From the human T2T-CHM13v2.0 reference genome, Homo sapiens: a DNA stretch of 64,000 nucleotides. The DNA lies in assembly GCF_009914755.1 (NCBI RefSeq), contig NC_060943.1; one strand, given 5' to 3'. Below are positions 47,287 to 64,000 of this stretch, one piece after another. The notes below the pieces were generated by a model, which was not told the origin of the DNA, did not search any database, and was given only the letters and a program-made list of their open reading frames with translations. The position numbers were made by a program, and so were the translations under genes. Within the stretch, counting starts at the first letter, position 1. Every line of letters starts with the position of its first letter.

Positions 47287-47367
47287 TCATGAGTTTGCTG
47301 TGAGGATTATTATTGGCAGTAATAGTAGTAACATAAAGGGCTGTCTTCATAAAGACATGCTCTACAG

Positions 47368-47368
<1 letters not shown>

Positions 47369-47415
<47 letters not shown>

Positions 47416-47418
47416 ACA
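47369..47418. repeat. (CA)n microsatellite
   Basis: About 24 units. Confidence 0.95.
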
Positions 47419-47744
47419 TGAAAAGTTACTGAATTCCTTTGGAGAAAAATTAAAAATCTCATGGATATTATAATCTGTGTAGCTGTTCTATTTTCACTTT
47501 CCCGATTGGCTACCAGGAAGCTTAGGAGCAAGTAAGTTTGTTTGCTGCCTCCTTTTTTGGTACGTGGGGGTAATTTTTGCCTCATTCTCCACTTAATCTG
47601 CTGCTCAGAGAGTTCTCTGGCCAAATCTTATAGGTCTTTGTTCACCACCCAAAATTCTGTATGGGATGAGATAAGGTAGAAGCCAATGGAACTATCATCT
47701 TTGCTAGAAACAGAGTAGGAGGCAGCATTCGTTGAAAGAACAAT

Positions 47745-48612
<868 letters not shown>

Positions 48613-49176
48613 TCATTGGCTTTCCTTGCTGAACTCCAACCTCTCTCGCAGGCTCTGGAGATTGTATTCCCTGGCTCCGCGCCTCTCCTTTGTTTTGATG
48701 GCAGTAAGTCGCTTGGGGGGTCAGGTCTGTGTTTGGATATTCTGGGGCCCCAGCACTCAACAGAAGACCTCAGGGAATATGGAATGGAAGGAAGAAAAAA
48801 AAGAGAGGGAGGGAGGGATGCAGAAATGGGTATGAAAATCGATGTGAGTCATGGGTGAGCAAGCGAGTGGATAAATTCATGGACAAGCAAGGGAGTTCTC
48901 GCGGACTCCTCACAGCCAGCGTGTGGCAGGAATTATTATTATCCCAACATTCTCCAGAGGAGGAAACCCAGGCTCAGAGTGGTGAGTGAGGAATGAACGG
49001 GTGAGAGTGTGAGGGAGTCCATGGGGTCAGGCCAGTCTCTCAGAGGCTTTCAGGACGAACAGCACTCACACCGCCCTGCGAGCGCCCATTCCTGGAAACG
49101 AGGTTTCCTCTTGGGTCCCAGCCCTTGCCCACCCCCATCAAGGAGCATGGGCCCAGGCCACCGGAGCTGCTGAATA

Positions 49177-49182
49177 TTTATT
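49177..49182 (-). terminator. SYT5: Candidate proximal SYT5 poly(A) signal AATAAA
   Basis: TTTATT on +, about 365 nt after the stop codon. Confidence 0.6.
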
Positions 49183-49546
49183 TGGCCCCAGGAGCAGTGC
49201 AGGGATGGGCTGTGTTGGAAGAGAGAGGAGAGCAGACGAGGATGGCTGATTGTCAAAGCAGGGGGCAGGACCCGGGGGCAGGAGAAACCAGGCTGCCTTC
49301 CCTTCCCGGGGTCCCTGGGGCATCTGGGTGTGTCCGCGAGGGTCGGGGGAGTGTGCTGGAAAGTTGTCGTGATTGGCATCGTTGGGGGTGAGAAGACAGG
49401 AATGGTTCAGATGGTTGGGGTGGAAGGTGGGGGGAGGGTAACCGTCAGAGGAAGCTTAAGGGTGGGGCTGGCTTGGCTTTGGCCGGTCTCGGGAGTCTGG
49501 GGTCAGGGGCTAGAGTCCAGGCTTGGCCGGGGGCTTGGGGTGGGAG

Positions 49547-55103
<5,557 letters not shown>

Positions 55104-55454
55104 GGTGGCGGGGTCCTGGAGTCTTTTCTGCAGAGACACTCAAGCACCCTAGTCCCCCATTCCCACCCCAGACGTCCTTTGAGCCCCACGCACAACAAAG
55201 AACTCCAACTCCCATGAGGCCTTTGCGCGAACAGCCGCGCAGAAACCGGACAGCCACCGCGAGTCATGCTGGGAGTTGTAGTATCAGCCTCCCCGCACTT
55301 GAGAGGGGGTGTCCAGGACCTAGTTCCATCCTAAAGGGATACCCTCTTCCTCCACGGCCCCACAGGCATCCCGCTGACTTCTGCCTCGTCCTCGCCCCTC
55401 CGCAGGGTCTGAACCGGAAGCGGGCGAAGGCAGACGTGGGAACCAGCAGACCGC

Positions 55455-55539
55455 GTTGCCCAGAGCAACAGCCGGGCTCCTCTCAAGCGGGGTGAGAGCA
55501 AAGCTGGTTGCCCGGGCAACGGGTTGTTGCCAGGACAAC
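55455..55539. promoter_or_regulatory. Cluster of three RFX X-box motifs in SYT5 intron 1
   Basis: GTTGCCCAGAGCAAC (55455-55469), palindromic GTTGCCCGGGCAAC (55507-55520), GTTGCCAGGACAAC (55526-55539). Confidence 0.75.
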
Positions 55540-56178
55540 GGGCGGGGCTGACGCACAGACGCGGAGTCCCGGCGGGGCAGGCTCGCTCCGGGGCCCACCG
55601 GTGCCTGGGAACCCCCCAATAGCCCGACTGGGATCCTGAGGTCCCGCGAGGTGGGGAGCGGGCAGCCTGTGGTCCGAGCGCCCACAGCCGACTGCTCCCT
55701 CCGCACCTGGTCCTGGGAGCTGAGACGCAGGTTCCCTCTTCCCTCTCCCCAATTTTGCTGGAGGGCGGGTCGGGGGCTGCCCGGTGCCTGTGCTGAGCCC
55801 CCTCATCCTTCTTGGCCTGTTGGTCTCTCCACGCATCCGTGCTGCTCTCGTGACCGCCTCGGTCTCCACGCTGCCTCTTGACCCCACATAGGCGTCTTCC
55901 CTGTGTCTGCCTCCCCAACCCGCCTGTCTCTCTTCCCTATCGCCTGGCCTCTGTCTCCAGGGTCTCTCCCTCTCCCCTCCGCCTGCGCCCCACTCCCCGC
56001 CCTCGGCTCTTTGTCTTCTCCATACCTGTCTCGCGTCCCCAGATCCCTGTCTCTCCGCTTCAGGCTGCTGCCCTCCCTCTGGTTGTCTCCCCAGTGCCCC
56101 AGCCCCCACTCGCACACCCCTTTCCTCTAGGGATGCGGATGCGGATGGGCTGAGGGCGGGGGTCCCAGCAGCTCCTAC

Positions 56179-56350
56179 CTGCTCGGCGGCTGGACGGGAC
56201 ACTCCCGGGAGACGCCGAGGCGCCAGCCCCGCCCGGACCCCACCCCCTGCACGTGGGCGGTGGCGCTGTCCCGGGTGCTGATCGCGGAGCTCTCCGGGGC
56301 GGGGGAGCCGCGGAGCGGAGCAGGATCCCGTGCGCGCGTGTGTGCCCGTG
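56179..56350 (-). other. SYT5: SYT5 non-coding exon 1 (5' end approximate) within a CpG island (about 54880-56480)
   Basis: Donor GAGCAG|GTAGG at 56178; GC boxes upstream. Confidence 0.6.
56262..56282 (-). promoter_or_regulatory. RE1/NRSE (REST-binding) element
   Basis: ATCAGCACCCGGGACAGCGCC, 18/21 match to TTCAGCACCACGGACAGCGCC with both half-sites intact. Confidence 0.88.
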
Positions 56351-57325
56351 TGCGTGTGCGCGCGTGTGTGGTGTGTATTGTGTGTGCCCGTATTTGGTCT
56401 CGGGTAGGCGGAAAGCCCTGCCCCGCCCCTCCTCCCGCCTCCACCCGGGAACCTCGATGACGCCCACAGATGTTTATCCTGGTGCTTTAGCATTTTCTGC
56501 CTTCTGGTCCAGTCGTTGGCCGTCCAGACCACTCCACTCCTCCCGCCCCAACACACACGACACACACCCTGTATAGCCCAAAGAACGGCATGCCAGGATA
56601 CTCAGTCCTAGGACCTAGGAGACCCCAGACCCCCATTGGAGACCCAGACTCTGCAGGGTTCAGCATCAAAGTCCCCAGCTATCAGCCCCCAGACATCGCC
56701 CTCTAAGTTCCCCTAACACCAGTCCCAGGAGGCGGCCAGTGCGGTGGCTCATACCTGTAACCTCAGCACTTTGGGAGGCCGAAGCAGGAGGAATGCTTGA
56801 GCCCAGGAGCTGGAGACCAGCCTGGGCAACATAGCAAAATCCCGTCTCTACAAAAATGAGCCAGCGTGGTGGTGCGCACTTGTGATGGCAGCTACTCTAG
56901 AGGCTGAGGTGGGAAGATCACCTGGGCCCAGGAGGTCAAGGCTGCAGTGAGCCACTGCACTCCAGTCTGGGCAACAGAGCAAGACCATGTCTCAAAAACA
57001 AAAACAAAAACAGAACAAAACAACAACAACAACAACAGAGAAGAGTAAAAGAAAAGCTCAGAAGGCAAGTCCCCAAGCACCTAGCTCCAGCGAGCCCTGT
57101 CCATACTGCCCAGACCCTGGACACAGACGTCTGGACACTGCCTTCTCTGAGAGACTCAACCACCCAAACCTACATTTTTTCATGTGCAAATGTGTGGGTC
57201 CCTCTAGTCCCCTCCTGGACGTTCGCCTCGATCCCTAGATACCAGGAACCCATCCCTACTCCCAATCCAATATTATTTCCAGACCCAGAAATCCATGGGA
57301 CAACTGTCTCTGGGGAGAACAGTGA

Positions 57326-57331
57326 TTTAAT
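57326..57331 (-). terminator. PTPRH: PTPRH poly(A) signal ATTAAA
   Basis: TTTAAT on +, about 490 nt after the stop codon. Confidence 0.65.
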
Positions 57332-57815
57332 AAATTATGGGATAGAAGGAAAAATACATGTGGATGGTGGGGTGCAGAGAGACCTTGGGCACAGGGACTC
57401 CCTCCGACCCCAGATTATAGAAGACTGATTTGGTTTCTGAAGTAAAATCAAGGCAGGATCCTTCCTGCCTTTGGTCCTCAAGTAGCCAGAACTCCAGACC
57501 CAAATTCCTTCCTGCCTCAGAATCCAGGCCCCAGCCTGTTTCTTTCTGCATCCTGGAAAGACCTAGGGAATCCAAGCTATCATCCCTCTCCTCCTTCAGG
57601 GAACCAGGAATCCAGATCCCCAGCTCCCATAGGACTCATCTGAAGCCCACCAGACCACTCTCTCCTGGGGAAACCAGAGTTTGGGATACCAGCCCCCTCC
57701 TCCCACAGCACCCAGGAGTCTGGGAGCCCAGCCCTCTGCTCTTCCAGGAATCTGGGCTCAAGTGGGTGTCCAGAGCTTGAGGATGCCTGGGCTGCCGACC
57801 CAGCCCCCTCGTCAC

Positions 57816-63665
<5,850 letters not shown>

Positions 63666-64000
63666 CTGGGGATGCAGGGAGAGGGGGTACCTGGTGTTGG
63701 ATTTTCTCTACTTTCCCTCGGGGGTACCCCCGAGCTCCCCTTGCCTTCTTCGGCATCACCCCTTGTTTATTCGTTGCACCCTGAGATTATATGGCACCCA
63801 CAAAAACAGAATAGATGTGTGTGCCACCTGCCCTGTGGGGCACTGGGGAGGATTTAGGGAACCATGGGACTTCTTCAGGCAGGCAAGAAAGCAGGTGTCA
63901 GGGGAGAAAGGACTCACTGGGTGGGGGCAGAGAGAGTTACTTTAGGACTGACCCACCATTATTTTAAGATTTCAGTGAGTGGAAAGATAACATGGCTGGG

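Noticed and set aside
55483-56565. 360-aa minus-strand ORF, the longest in the track
   Set aside because: GC-rich CpG-island ORF with a non-ATG start and no recognisable domain; overlaps the SYT5 promoter and intron 1
63691-63780. Apparent 90-nt in-frame exon (CAG|...CAG|GTAC) upstream of the first PTPRH exon in the window
   Set aside because: It would leave a 25-nt intron, too short to splice, and the peptide is not PTP-like

Overview
Primate (evidently human) genomic DNA, GC-rich and Alu-dense. From the translated exons I recognise the 19q13.4 troponin locus. Five genes lie head-to-tail on the minus strand: the 3' half of PTPRH, then SYT5, DNAAF3, TNNI3 and TNNT1. I rebuilt each CDS by hand from GT-AG boundaries, and the summed exon lengths give intact frames (278, 210, 541 and 386 aa, plus the last 290 aa of PTPRH). 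The first 5.2 kb is a defective plus-strand HERV-H provirus with its 3' LTR and three Alu insertions. Also present: six MSR1-type 36-38 bp minisatellite arrays, a U13 snoRNA retro-pseudogene, solo LTRs, MER2/MER44 DNA transposon relics and about 60 Alu pieces. Most ORFs in the supplied track are Alu or repeat artefacts. I cannot claim a proven new system. The best leads, all hypotheses, are: a phase-compatible DNAAF3-TNNI3 read-through behind a variant poly(A) signal, a triple RFX X-box plus RE1 module in SYT5, a 20-bp-periodic ETS-site array, a non-Alu ~170 bp inverted repeat in TNNT1, and a duplicated in-frame splice donor in DNAAF3. Repeat subfamily names and boundaries are by eye and approximate.
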